Of a DNA stretch of 64,000 nucleotides, positions 22,401-34,900 are shown one piece after another. The stretch spans positions 3,038,001-3,102,000 of the forward strand of contig OZ059896.1 in the NCBI GenBank assembly GCA_964057225.1, given 5' to 3'. The stretch's first letter is position 1; every line of letters starts with the position of its first letter. Source of the stretch: Auanema rhodensis. Lineage: Eukaryota > Animalia > Nematoda. The translations under genes and the position numbers were made by a program. Below the pieces are notes generated by a model. It was not told where the DNA came from. It ran no database searches and saw only the letters and a program-made list of their open reading frames with translations.

Positions 22401-25400
22401 GAGTGTACATGGAAACTCAACATACACTAATGCATCATTTTTCAAACGATCATAACTAATTTTTGTATTAAGCGTTTCTCAATGTAGTATAGTGCATTCG
22501 ATGCGGATTTTTAAGCTGCGTCGATCTGTACTATCAGATTTGCGCTAGCTTGAAAATGCACCGAGATATCAACTGATATAAGTTCACACCTATATCCTCG
22601 ATTTTCACCCTGAAGAATTAAATTTTTCGTTGAATAACATTGTCTATCGTTTTTGCCTTGAAAAAAGGAATCTAAAAACATCTACTTTTTGCTAAATTAT
22701 TTTGAAATTTTTCGAAAAAATTTTTGTCAAAATGTTTTTGGAAGCAATTTTGAGTGTACATGGAAACTCAACATACACTAATGCATCATTTTTCAAACGA
22801 TCATAACTAATTTTTGTATTCAGCTTTTTTCAATGTAGTATAGTGCATTCGATGCGGATTTTTATGCTGCGTCGATCTGTGTTATCAGATTTGCGCTAGC
22901 TTAAAAATGCACCGAGATATCAACTGATATAAGTTTACACTTATATCCTCGATTTTCACCCTGAAGAAATAATTTTTTCGTTGAATAACATTGTCCATCG
23001 TTTTTGCCTTGAAAAAAGGAATCTAAAAACATCTACTTTTTGCTAAATTATTTTGAAATTTTTCGAAAAAATTTTTGTCAAAATGTTTTTGGAAGCAATT
23101 TTGAGTGTACATGGAAACTCAACATACACTAATGCATCATTTTTTAAACGATCATAACTAATTTTTGTATTCAGCTTTTCTCAATGTAGTATGGTGCATT
23201 CGATGCGGATTTTTATGCTGCGTCGATCTGTGTTATCAGATTTGCGCTAGCTTAAAAATGCACCGAGATATCAACTGATATAAGTTCACACTTATATCCT
23301 CGATTTTCACCCTGAAGAAATAATTTTTTCGTTGAATAACATTGTCCATCGTTTTTGCCTTGAAAAAAGGAATCTAAAAACATCTACTTTTTGCCAAATT
23401 ATTTTGAAATTTTTCGAAAAAATTTTTGTCAAAATGTTTTTGGAAGCAATTTTGAGTGTACATGGAAACTCAACATACACTAATGCATCATTTTTCAAAC
23501 GATCATAACTAATTTTTGTATTAAGCGTTTCTCAATGTAGTATAGTGCATTCGATGCGGATTTTTAAGCTGCGTCGATCTGTACTATCAGATTTGCGCTA
23601 GCTTGAAAATGCACCGAGATATCAACTGATATAAGTTCACACCTATATCCTCGATTTTCACCCTGAAGAATTAAATTTTTCGTTGAATAACATTGTCTAT
23701 CGTTTTTGCCTTGAAAAAAGGAATCCAAAAACATCTACTTTTTGCTAAATTATTTTGAAATTTTTCGAAAAAATTTTTGTCAAAATGTTTTTGGAAGCAA
23801 TTTTGAGTGTACATGGAAACTCAACATACACTAATGCATCATTTTTCAAACGATCATAACTAATTTTTGTATTAAGCGTTTCTCAATGTAGTATAGTGCA
23901 TTCGATGCGGATTTTTAAGCTGCGTCGATCTGTACTATCAGATTTGCGCTAGCTTGAAAATGCACCGAGATATCAACTGATATAAGTTCACACCTATATC
24001 CTCGATTTTCACCCTGAAGAATTAAATTTTTCGTTGAATAACATTGTCTATCGTTTTTGCCTTGAAAAAAGGAATCTAAAAACATCTACTTTTTGCTAAA
24101 TTATTTTGAAATTTTTCGAAAAAATTTTTGTCAAAATGTTTTTGGAAGCAATTTTGAGTGTACATGGAAACTCAACATACACTAATGCATCATTTTTTAA
24201 ACGATCATAACTAATTTTTGTATTCAGCTTTTCTCAATGTAGTATGGTGCATTCGATGCGGATTTTTATGCTGCGTCGATCTGTGTTATCAGATTTGCGC
24301 TAGCTTAAAAATGCACCGAGATATCAACTGATATAAGTTCACACTTATATCCTCGATTTTCACCCTGAAGAAATAATTTTTTCGTTGAATAACATTGTCC
24401 ATCGTTTTTGCCTTGAAAAAAGGAATCTAAAAACATCTACTTTTTGCCAAATTATTTTGAAATTTTTCGAAAAAATTTTTGTCAAAATGTTTTTGGAAGC
24501 AATTTTGAGTGTACATGGAAACTCAACATACACTAATGCATCATTTTTCAAACGATCATAACTAATTTTTGTATTAAGCGTTTCTCAATGTAGTATAGTG
24601 CATTCGATGCGGATTTTTAAGCTGCGTCGATCTGTACTATCAGATTTGCGCTAGCTTGAAAATGCACCGAGATATCAACTGATATAAGTTCACACCTATA
24701 TCCTCGATTTTCACCCTGAAGAATTAAATTTTTCGTTGAATAACATTGTCTATCGTTTTTGCCTTGAAAAAAGGAATCTAAAAACATCTACTTTTTGCTA
24801 AATTATTTTGAAATTTTTCGAAAAAATTTTTGTCAAAATGTTTTTGGAAGCAATTTTGAGTGTACATGGAAACTCAACATACACTAATGCATCATTTTTT
24901 AAACGATCATAACTAATTTTTGTATTCAGCTTTTCTCAATGTAGTATGGTGCATTCGATGCGGATTTTTATGCTGCGTCGATCTGTGTTATCAGATTTGC
25001 GCTAGCTTAAAAATGCACCGAGATATCAACTGATATAAGTTCACACTTATATCCTCGATTTTCACCCTGAAGAAATAATTTTTTCGTTGAATAACATTGT
25101 CCATCGTTTTTGCCTTGAAAAAAGGAATCTAAAAACATCTACTTTTTGCCAAATTATTTTGAAATTTTTCGAAAAAATTTTTGTCAAAATGTTTTTGGAA
25201 GCAATTTTGAGTGTACATGGAAACTCAACATACACTAATGCATCATTTTTCAAACGATCATAACTAATTTTTGTATTAAGCGTTTCTCAATGTAGTATAG
25301 TGCATTCGATGCGGATTTTTAAGCTGCGTCGATCTGTACTATCAGATTTGCGCTAGCTTGAAAATGCACCGAGATATCAACTGATATAAGTTCACACCTA

Positions 25401-28400
25401 TATCCTCGATTTTCACCCTGAAGAATTAAATTTTTCGTTGAATAACATTGTCTATCGTTTTTGCCTTGAAAAAAGGAATCTAAAAACATCTACTTTTTGC
25501 TAAATTATTTTGAAATTTTTCGAAAAAATTTTTGTCAAAATGTTTTTGGAAGCAATTTTGAGTGTACATGGAAACTCAACATACACTAATGCATCATTTT
25601 TCAAACGATCATAACTAATTTTTGTATTCAGCTTTTTTCAATGTAGTATAGTGCATTCGATGCGGTTTTTTATGCTGCGTCGATCTGTGTTATCAGATTT
25701 GCGCTAGCTTGAAAATGCACCGAGATATCAACTGATATAAGTTCACACCTATATCCTCGATTTTCACCCTGAAGAATTAAATTTTTCGTTGAATAACATT
25801 GTCTATCGTTTTTGCCTTGAAAAAAGGAATCTAAAAACATCTACTTTTTGCTAAATTATTTTGAAATTTTTCGAAAAAATTTTTGTCAAAATGTTTTTGG
25901 AAGCAATTTTGAGTGTACATGGAAACTCAACATGCACTAATGCATCATTTTTCAAACGATCATAACTAATTTTTGTATTAAGCGTTTCTCAATGTAGTAT
26001 AGTGCATTCGATGCGGATTTTTAAGCTGCGTCGATCTGTACTATCAGATTTGCGCTAGCTTGAAAATGCACCGAGATATCAACTGATATAAGTTCACACC
26101 TATATCCTCGATTTTCACCCTGAAGAATTAAATTTTTCGTTGAATAACATTGTCTATCGTTTTTGCCTTGAAAAAAGGAATCTAAAAACATCTACTTTTT
26201 GCTAAATTATTTTGAAATTTTTCGAAAAAATTTTTGTCAAAATGTTTTTGGAAGCAATTTTGAGTGTACATGGAAACTCAACATACACTAATGCATCATT
26301 TTTCAAACGATCATAACTAATTTTTGTATTCAGCTTTTCTCAATGTAGTATAGTGCATTCGATGCGGATTTTTATGCTGCGTCGATCTGTGTTATCAGAT
26401 TTGCGCTAGCTTAAAAATGCACCGAGATATCAACTGATATAAGTTCACACTTATATCCTCGATTTTCACCCTGAAGAAATAATTTTTTCGTTGAATAACA
26501 TTGTCCATCGTTTTTGCCTTGAAAAAAGGAATCTAAAAACATCTACTTTTTGCTAAATTATTTTGAAATTTTTCGAAAAAATTTTTGTCAAAATGTTTTT
26601 GGAAGCAATTTTGAGTGTACATGGAAACTCAACATACACTAATGCATCATTTTTCAAACGATCATAACTAATTTTTGTATTAAGCGTTTCTCAATGTAGT
26701 ATAGTGCATTCGATGCGGATTTTTAAGCTGCGTCGATCTGTACTATCAGATTTGCGCTAGCTTGAAAATGCACCGAGATATCAACTGATATAAGTTCACA
26801 CCTATATCCTCGATTTTCACCCTGAAGAATTAATTTTTTCGTTAAATAACATTGTCTATCGTTTTTGCCTTGAAAAAAGGAATCTAAAAACATCTACTTT
26901 TTGCTAAATTATTTTGAAATTTTTCGAAAAAATTTTTGTCAAAATGTTTTTGGAAGCAATTTTGAGTGTACATGGAAACTCAACATACACTAATGCATCA
27001 TTTTTCAAACGATCATAACTAATTTTTGTATTTAGCTTTTCTCAATGTTATATAGTGCACTCGATGCGGATTTTTAAGCTGCGTCGATCTGTGTTATGAG
27101 ATTTGCGCTAGCTTAAAAATGCACCGAGATATCAACTGATATAAGTTCACACTTATATCCTCGATTTTCACCCTGAAGAATTAATTTTTTCGTTGAATAA
27201 CATTGTCCATCGTTTTTGCCTTGAAAAAAGGAATCTGAAAACATCTACTTTTTGCTAAATTATTCTCAAATTTTTCGAAAAAATTTTTGTCAAAATGTTT
27301 TTGGAAGCAATTTTGAGTGTACATGGAAACTCAACATACACTAATGCATCATTTTTCAAACGATCATAACTAATTTTTGTATTTAGCTTTTCTCAATGTA
27401 GTATAGTGCATTCGATGCGGATTTTTAAGCTGCGTCGATCTGTGTTATCAGATTTGCGCTAGCTTAAAAATGCACCGAGATATCAACTGATATAAGTTCA
27501 CACTTATATCCTCGATTTTCACCCTGAAGAAATAATTTTTTCGTTGAATAACATTGTCCATCGTTTTTGCCTTGAAAAAAGGAATCTAAAAACATCTACT
27601 TTTTGCTAAATTATTTTAAAATTTTTCGAAAAAATTTTTGTCAAAATGTTTTTGGAAGCAATTTTGAGTGTACATGGAAACTCAACATACACTAATGCAT
27701 CATTTTTCAAACGATCATAACTAATTTTTGTATTCAGCTTTTCTCAATGTTATATAGTGCACTCGATGCGGATTTTTAAGCTGCGTCGATCTGTGTTATG
27801 AGATTTGCGCTAGCTTAAAAATGCACCGAGATATCAACTGATATAAGTTCAGACTTATATCCTCGATTTTCACCCTGAAGAATTAATTTTTTCGTTGAAT
27901 AACATTGTCCATCGTTTTTGCCTTGAAAAAAGCAATCTGAAAACATCTACTTTTTGCTAAATTATTCTCAAATTTTTCGAAAAAATTTTTGTCAAAATGT
28001 TTTTGGAAGCAATTTTGAGTGTACATGGAAACTCAACATACACTAATGCATCATTTTTCAAACGATCATAACTAATTTTTGTATTTAGCTTTTCTCAATG
28101 TAGTATAGTGCATTCGATGCGGATTTTTAAGCTGCGTCGATCTGTGTTATCAGATTTGCGCTAGCTTAAAAATGCACCGAGATATCAACTGATATAAGTT
28201 CACACTTATATCCTCGATTTTCACCCTGAAGAATTAATTTTTTCGTTAAATAACATTGTCTATCGTTTTTGCCTTGAAAAAAGGAATCTAAAAACATCTA
28301 CTTTTTGCTAAATTATTTTGAAATTTTTCGAAAAAATTTTTGTCAAAATGTTTTTGGAAGCAATTTTGAGTGTACATGGAAACTCAACATACACTAATGC

Positions 28401-28490
28401 ATCATTTTTCAAACGATCATAACTAATTTTTGTATTCAGCTTTTTTCAATGTAGTATAGTGCATTCGATGCGGATTTTTATGCTGCGTCG

Positions 28491-28661
28491 ATCTGTGTTT
28501 GTAAAAATTTTTGTCAAAATGTTTTTGGAAGCAATTTTGAGTGTACATGGAAACTCAACATACACTAATGCATCATTTTTCAAACGATCATAACTAATTT
28601 TTGTATTCAGCTTTTTTCAATGTAGTATAGTGCATTCGATGCGGATTTTTATGCTGCGTCG
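28491..28661 (+). repeat. Truncated 171-bp satellite monomer (net 180-bp deletion)
   Basis: Junction reads ATCTGTGTT-TGT-AAAAATTTTTGTC: monomer positions 10-192 are replaced by TGT. The next monomer starts at 28662. Confidence 0.95.
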
Positions 28662-28975
28662 ATCTGTGTTATCAGATTTGCGCTAGCTTAAAAATGCACC
28701 GAGATACCGAGATAAGAAATAATTTTTTCGTTGAATAACATTGTCCATCGTTTTTGCCTTGAAAAAAGGAATCTAAAAACATCTACTTTTTGCTAAATTA
28801 TTTTAAAATTTTTCGAAAAAATTTTTGTCAAAATGTTTTTGGAAGCAATTTTGAGTGTACATGGAAACTCAACATACACTAATGCATCATTTTTCAAACG
28901 ATCATAACTAATTTTTGTATTCAGCTTTTCTCAATGTTATATAGTGCACTCGATGCGGATTTTTAAGCTGCGTCG
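28662..28975 (+). repeat. Truncated 314-bp satellite monomer (44-bp deletion plus 7-nt duplication)
   Basis: Junction reads CACCGAGATA-CCGAGAT-AAGAAATAAT: monomer positions 46-89 are replaced by CCGAGAT (28707-28713). The next monomer starts at 28976. Confidence 0.95.
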
Positions 28976-31900
28976 ATCTGTGTTATGAGATTTGCGCTAG
29001 CTTAAAAATGCACCGAGATATCAACTGATATAAGTTCACACTTATATCCTCGATTTTCACCCTGAAGAATTAATTTTTTCGTTGAATAACATTGTCCATC
29101 GTTTTTGCCTTGAAAAAAGGAATCTGAAAACATCTACTTTTTGCTAAATTATTCTCAAATTTTTCGAAAAAATTTTTGTCAAAATGTTTTTGGAAGCAAT
29201 TTTGAGTGTACATGGAAACTCAACATACACTAATGCATCATTTTTCAAACGATCATAACTAATTTTTGTATTTAGCTTTTCTCAATGTAGTATAGTGCAT
29301 TCGATGCGGATTTTTAAGCTGCGTCGATCTGTGTTATCAGATTTGCGCTAGCTTAAAAATGCACCGAGATATCAACTGATATAAGTTTACACTTATATCC
29401 TCGATTTTCACCCTGAAGAAATAATTTTTTCGTTGAATAACATTGTCCATCGTTTTTGCCTTGAAAAAAGGAATCTAAAAACATCTACTTTTTGCTAAAT
29501 TATTTTAAAATTTTTCGAAAAAATTTTTGTCAAAATGTTTTTGGAAGCAATTTTGAGTGTACATGGAAACTCAACATACACTAATGCATCATTTTTCAAA
29601 CGATCATAACTAATTTTTGTATTTAGCGTTTCTCAATGTAGTATAGTGCATTCGATGCGGATTTTTAAGCTGCGTCGATCTGTACTATCAGATTTGCGCT
29701 AGCTTGAAAATGCACCGAGATATCAACTGATATAAGTTCACACTTATATCCTCGATTTTCACCCTGAAGAATTAATTTTTTCGTTGAATAACATTGTCCA
29801 TCGTTTTTGCCTTGAAAAAAGGAATCTAAAAACATTTACTTTTTGCTAAATTATTTTGAAATTTTTCGAAAAAGTTTTTGTCAAAATGTTTTTGGAAGCA
29901 ATTTTGAGTGTACATGGAAACTCAACATACACTAATGCATCATTTTTCAAACGATCATAACTAATTTTTGTATTTAGCTTTTCTCAATGTTATATAGTGC
30001 ATTCGATGCGGATTTTTAAGCTGCGTCGATCTGTGTTATCAGATTTGCGCTAGCTTAAAAATGCACCGAGATATCAACTGATATAAGTTCACACTTATAT
30101 CCTCGATTTTCACCCTGAAGAATTAATTTTTTCGTTGAATAACATTGTCCATCGTTTTTGCCTTGAAAAAAGGAATCTAAAAACATCTACTTTTTGCTAA
30201 ATTATTCTCAAATTTTTCGAAAAAATTTTTGTCAAAATGTTTTTGGAAGCAATTTTGAGTGTACATGGAAACTCAACATACACTAATGCATCATTTTTCA
30301 AACGATCATAACTAATTTTTGTATTTAGCTTTTCTCAATGTTATATAGTGCATTCGATGCGGATTTTTAAGCTGCGTCGATCTGTGTTATCAGATTTGCG
30401 CTAGCTTAAAAATGCACCGAGATATCAACTGATATAAGTTCACACTTATATCCTCGATTTTCACCCTGAAGAATTAATTTTTTCGTTGAATAACATTGTC
30501 CATCGTTTTTGCCTTGAAAAAAGAAATCTAAAAACATCTACTTTTTGCTAAATTATTCTCAAATTTTTCGAAAAAATTTTTGTCAAAATGTTTTTGGAAG
30601 CAATTTTGAGTGTACATGGAAACTCAACATACACTAATGCATCATTTTTCAAACGATCATAACTAATTTTTGTATTTAGCTTTTCTCAATGTAGTATAGT
30701 GCATTCGATGCGGATTTTTAAGCTGCGTCCATCTGTGTTATCAGATTTGCGCTAGCTTAAAAATGCACCGAGATATCAACTGATATAAGTTCACACTTAT
30801 ATCCTCGATTTTCACCCTGAAGAATTAATTTTTTCGTTGAATAACATTGTCCATCGTTTTTGCCTTGAAAAAAGGAATCTAAAAACATCTACTTTTTGCT
30901 AAATTATTTTGAAATTTTTCGAAAAAATTTTTGTCAAAATGTTTTTGGAAGCAATTTTGAGTGTACATGGAAACTCAACATACACTAATGCATCATTTTT
31001 CAAACGATCATAACTAATATTTGTATTTAGCTTTTCTCAATGTAATATAGTGCATTCGATGCGGATTTTTAAGCTGCGTCGATCTGTGTTATCAGATTTG
31101 CGCTAGCTTAAAAATGCACCGAGATATCAACTGATATAAGTTCACACTTATATCCTCGATTTTCACCCTGAAGAATTAATTTTTTCGTTGAATAACATTG
31201 TCCATCGTTTTTGCCTTGAAAAAAGGAATCTAAAAACATCTACTTTTTGCTAAATTATTCTCAAATTTTTCGAAAAAATTTTTGTCAAAATGTTTTTGGA
31301 AGCAATTTTGAGTGTACATGGAAACTCAACATACACTAATGCATCATTTTTCAAACGATCATAACTAATTTTTGTATTTAGCTTTTCTCAATGTAGTATA
31401 GTGCATTCGATGCGGATTTTTAAGCTGCGTCGATCTGTGTTATCAGATTTGCGCTAGCTTAAAAATGCACCGAGATATCAACTGATATAAGTTCACACTT
31501 ATATCCTCGATTTTCACCCTGAAGAATTAATTTTTTCGTTGAATAACATTGTCCATCGTTTTTGCCTTGAAAAAAGGAATCTAAAAACATCTACTTTTTG
31601 CTAAATTATTCTCAAATTTTTCGAAAAAATTTTTGTCAAAATGTTTTTGGAAGCAATTTTGAGTGTACATGGAAACTCAACATACACTAATGCATCATTT
31701 TTCAAACGATCATAACTAATTTTTGTATTTAGCTTTTCTCAATGTTATATAGTGCATTCGATGCGGATTTTTAAGCTGCGTCGATCTGTGTTATCAGATT
31801 TGCGCTAGCTTAAAAATGCACCGAGATATCAACTGATATAAGTTCACACTTATATCCTCGATTTTCACCCTGAAGAATTAATTTTTTCGTTGAATAACAT

Positions 31901-34900
31901 TGTCCATCGTTTTTGCCTTGAAAAAAGAAATCTAAAAACATCTACTTTTTGCTAAATTATTCTCAAATTTTTCGAAAAAATTTTTGTCAAAATGTTTTTG
32001 GAAGCAATTTTGAGTGTACATGGAAACTCAACATACACTAATGCATCATTTTTCAAACGATCATAACTAATTTTTGTATTTAGCTTTTCTCAATGTAGTA
32101 TAGTGCATTCGATGCGGATTTTTAAGCTGCGTCCATCTGTGTTATCAGATTTGCGCTAGCTTAAAAATGCACCGAGATATCAACTGATATAAGTTCACAC
32201 TTATATCCTCGATTTTCACCCTGAAGAATTAATTTTTTCGTTGAATAACATTGTCCATCGTTTTTGCCTTGAAAAAAGGAATCTAAAAACATCTACTTTT
32301 TGCTAAATTATTTTGAAATTTTTCGAAAAAATTTTTGTCAAAATGTTTTTGGAAGCAATTTTGAGTGTACATGGAAACTCAACATACACTAATGCATCAT
32401 TTTTCAAACGATCATAACTAATTTTTGTATTTAGCTTTTCTCAATGTAGTATAGTGCATTCGATGCGGATTTTTAAGCTGCGTCGATCTGTGTTATCAGA
32501 TTTGCGCTAGCTTAAAAATGCACCGAGATATCAACTGATATAAGTTCACACTTATATCCTCGATTTTCACCCTGAAGAATTAATTTTTTCGTTGAATAAC
32601 ATTGTCCATCGTTTTTGCCTTGAAAAAAGGAATCTAAAAACATCTACTTTTTGCTAAATTATTCTCAAATTTTTCGAAAAAATTTTTGTCAAAATGTTTT
32701 TGGAAGCAATTTTGAGTGTACATGGAAACTCAACATACACTAATGCATCATTTTTCAAACGATCATAACTAATTTTTGTATTTAGCTTTTCTCAATGTTA
32801 TATAGTGCATTCGATGCGGATTTTTAAGCTGCGTCGATCTGTGTTATCAGATTTGCGCTAGCTTAAAAATGCACCGAGATATCAACTGATATAAGTTCAC
32901 ACTTATATCCTCGATTTTCACCCTGAAGAATTAATTTTTTCGTTGAATAACATTGTCCATCGTTTTTGCCTTGAAAAAAGAAATCTAAAAACATCTACTT
33001 TTTGCTAAATTATTCTCAAATTTTTCGAAAAAATTTTTGTCAAAATGTTTTTGGAAGCAATTTTGAGTGTACATGGAAACTCAACATACACTAATGCATC
33101 ATTTTTCAAACGATCATAACTAATTTTTGTATTTAGCTTTTCTCAATGTAGTATAGTGCATTCGATGCGGATTTTTAAGCTGCGTCCATCTGTGTTATCA
33201 GATTTGCGCTAGCTTAAAAATGCACCGAGATATCAACTGATATAAGTTCACACTTATATCCTCGATTTTCACCCTGAAGAATTAATTTTTTCGTTGAATA
33301 ACATTGTCCATCGTTTTTGCCTTGAAAAAAGGAATCTAAAAACATCTACTTTTTGCTAAATTATTTTGAAATTTTTCGAAAAAATTTTTGTCAAAATGTT
33401 TTTGGAAGCAATTTTGAGTGTACATGGAAACTCAACATACACTAATGCATCATTTTTCAAACGATCATAACTAATATTTGTATTTAGCTTTTCTCAATGT
33501 AATATAGTGCATTCGATGCCGATTTTTAAGCTGCGTCGATCTGTGTTATCAGATTTGCGCTAGCTTAAAAATGCACCGAGATATCAACTGATATAAGTTC
33601 ACACTTATATCCTCGATTTTCACCCTGAAGAATTAATTTTTTCGTTGAATAACATTGTCCATCGTTTTTGCCTTGAAAAAAGGAATCTAAAAACATCTAC
33701 TTTTTGCTAAATTATTCTCAAATTTTTCGAAAAAATTTTTGTCAAAATGTTTTTGGAAGCAATTTTGAGTGTACATGGAAACTCAACATACACTAATGCA
33801 TCATTTTTCAAACGATCATAACTAATTTTTGTATTTAGCTTTTCTCAATGTAGTATAGTGCATTCGATGCGGATTTTTAAGCTGCGTCCATCTGTGTTAT
33901 CAGATTTGCGCTAGCTTAAAAATGCACCGAGATATCAACTGATATAAGTTCACACTTATATCCTCGATTTTCACCCTGAAGAATTAATTTTTTCGTTGAA
34001 TAACATTGTCCATCGTTTTTGCCTTGAAAAAAGGAATCTAAAAACATCTACTTTTTGCTAAATTATTTTAAAATTTTTCGAAAAAATTTTTGTCAAAATG
34101 TTTTTGGAAGCAATTTTGAGTGTACATGGAAACTCAACATACACTAATGCATCATTTTTCAAACGATCATAACTAATTTTTGTATTCAGCTTTTCTCAAT
34201 GTTATATAGTGCACTCGATGCGGATTTTTAAGCTGCGTCGATCTGTGTTATGAGATTTGCGCTAGCTTAAAAATGCACCGAGATATCAACTGATATAAGT
34301 TCACACTTATATCCTCGATTTTCACCCTGAAGAATTAATTTTTTCGTTGAATAACATTGTCCATCGTTTTTGCCTTGAAAAAAGGAATCTAAGAACATCT
34401 ACTTTTTGCTAAATTATTCTCAAATTTTTCGAAAAAATTTTTGTCAAAATGTTTTTGGAAGCAATTTTGAGTGTACATGGAAACTCAACATACACTAGTG
34501 CATCATTTTTCAAACGATCATAACTAATTTTTGTATTTAGCTTTTCTCAATGTAGTATAGTGCATTCGATGCGGATTTTTAAGCTGCGTCGATCTGTGTT
34601 ATCAGATTTGCGCTAGCTTAAAAATGCACCGAGATATCAACTGATATAAGTTTACACTTATATCCTCGATTTTCACCCTGAAGAAATAATTTTTTCGTTG
34701 AATAACATTGTCCATCGTTTTTGCCTTGAAAAAAGGAATCTAAAAACATCTACTTTTTGCTAAATTATTTTAAAATTTTTCGAAAAAATTTTTGTCAAAA
34801 TGTTTTTGGAAGCAATTTTGAGTGTACATGGAAACTCAACATACACTAATGCATCATTTTTCAAACGATCATAACTAATTTTTGTATTTAGCTTTTCTCA

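Noticed and set aside
22254-25253. Four identical 63-aa minus-strand ORFs
   Set aside because: They exist only because the GCTAAA>GCCAAA variant removes a minus-strand TAG in four monomers. There is no recognisable domain, and the frame is closed in all other copies.
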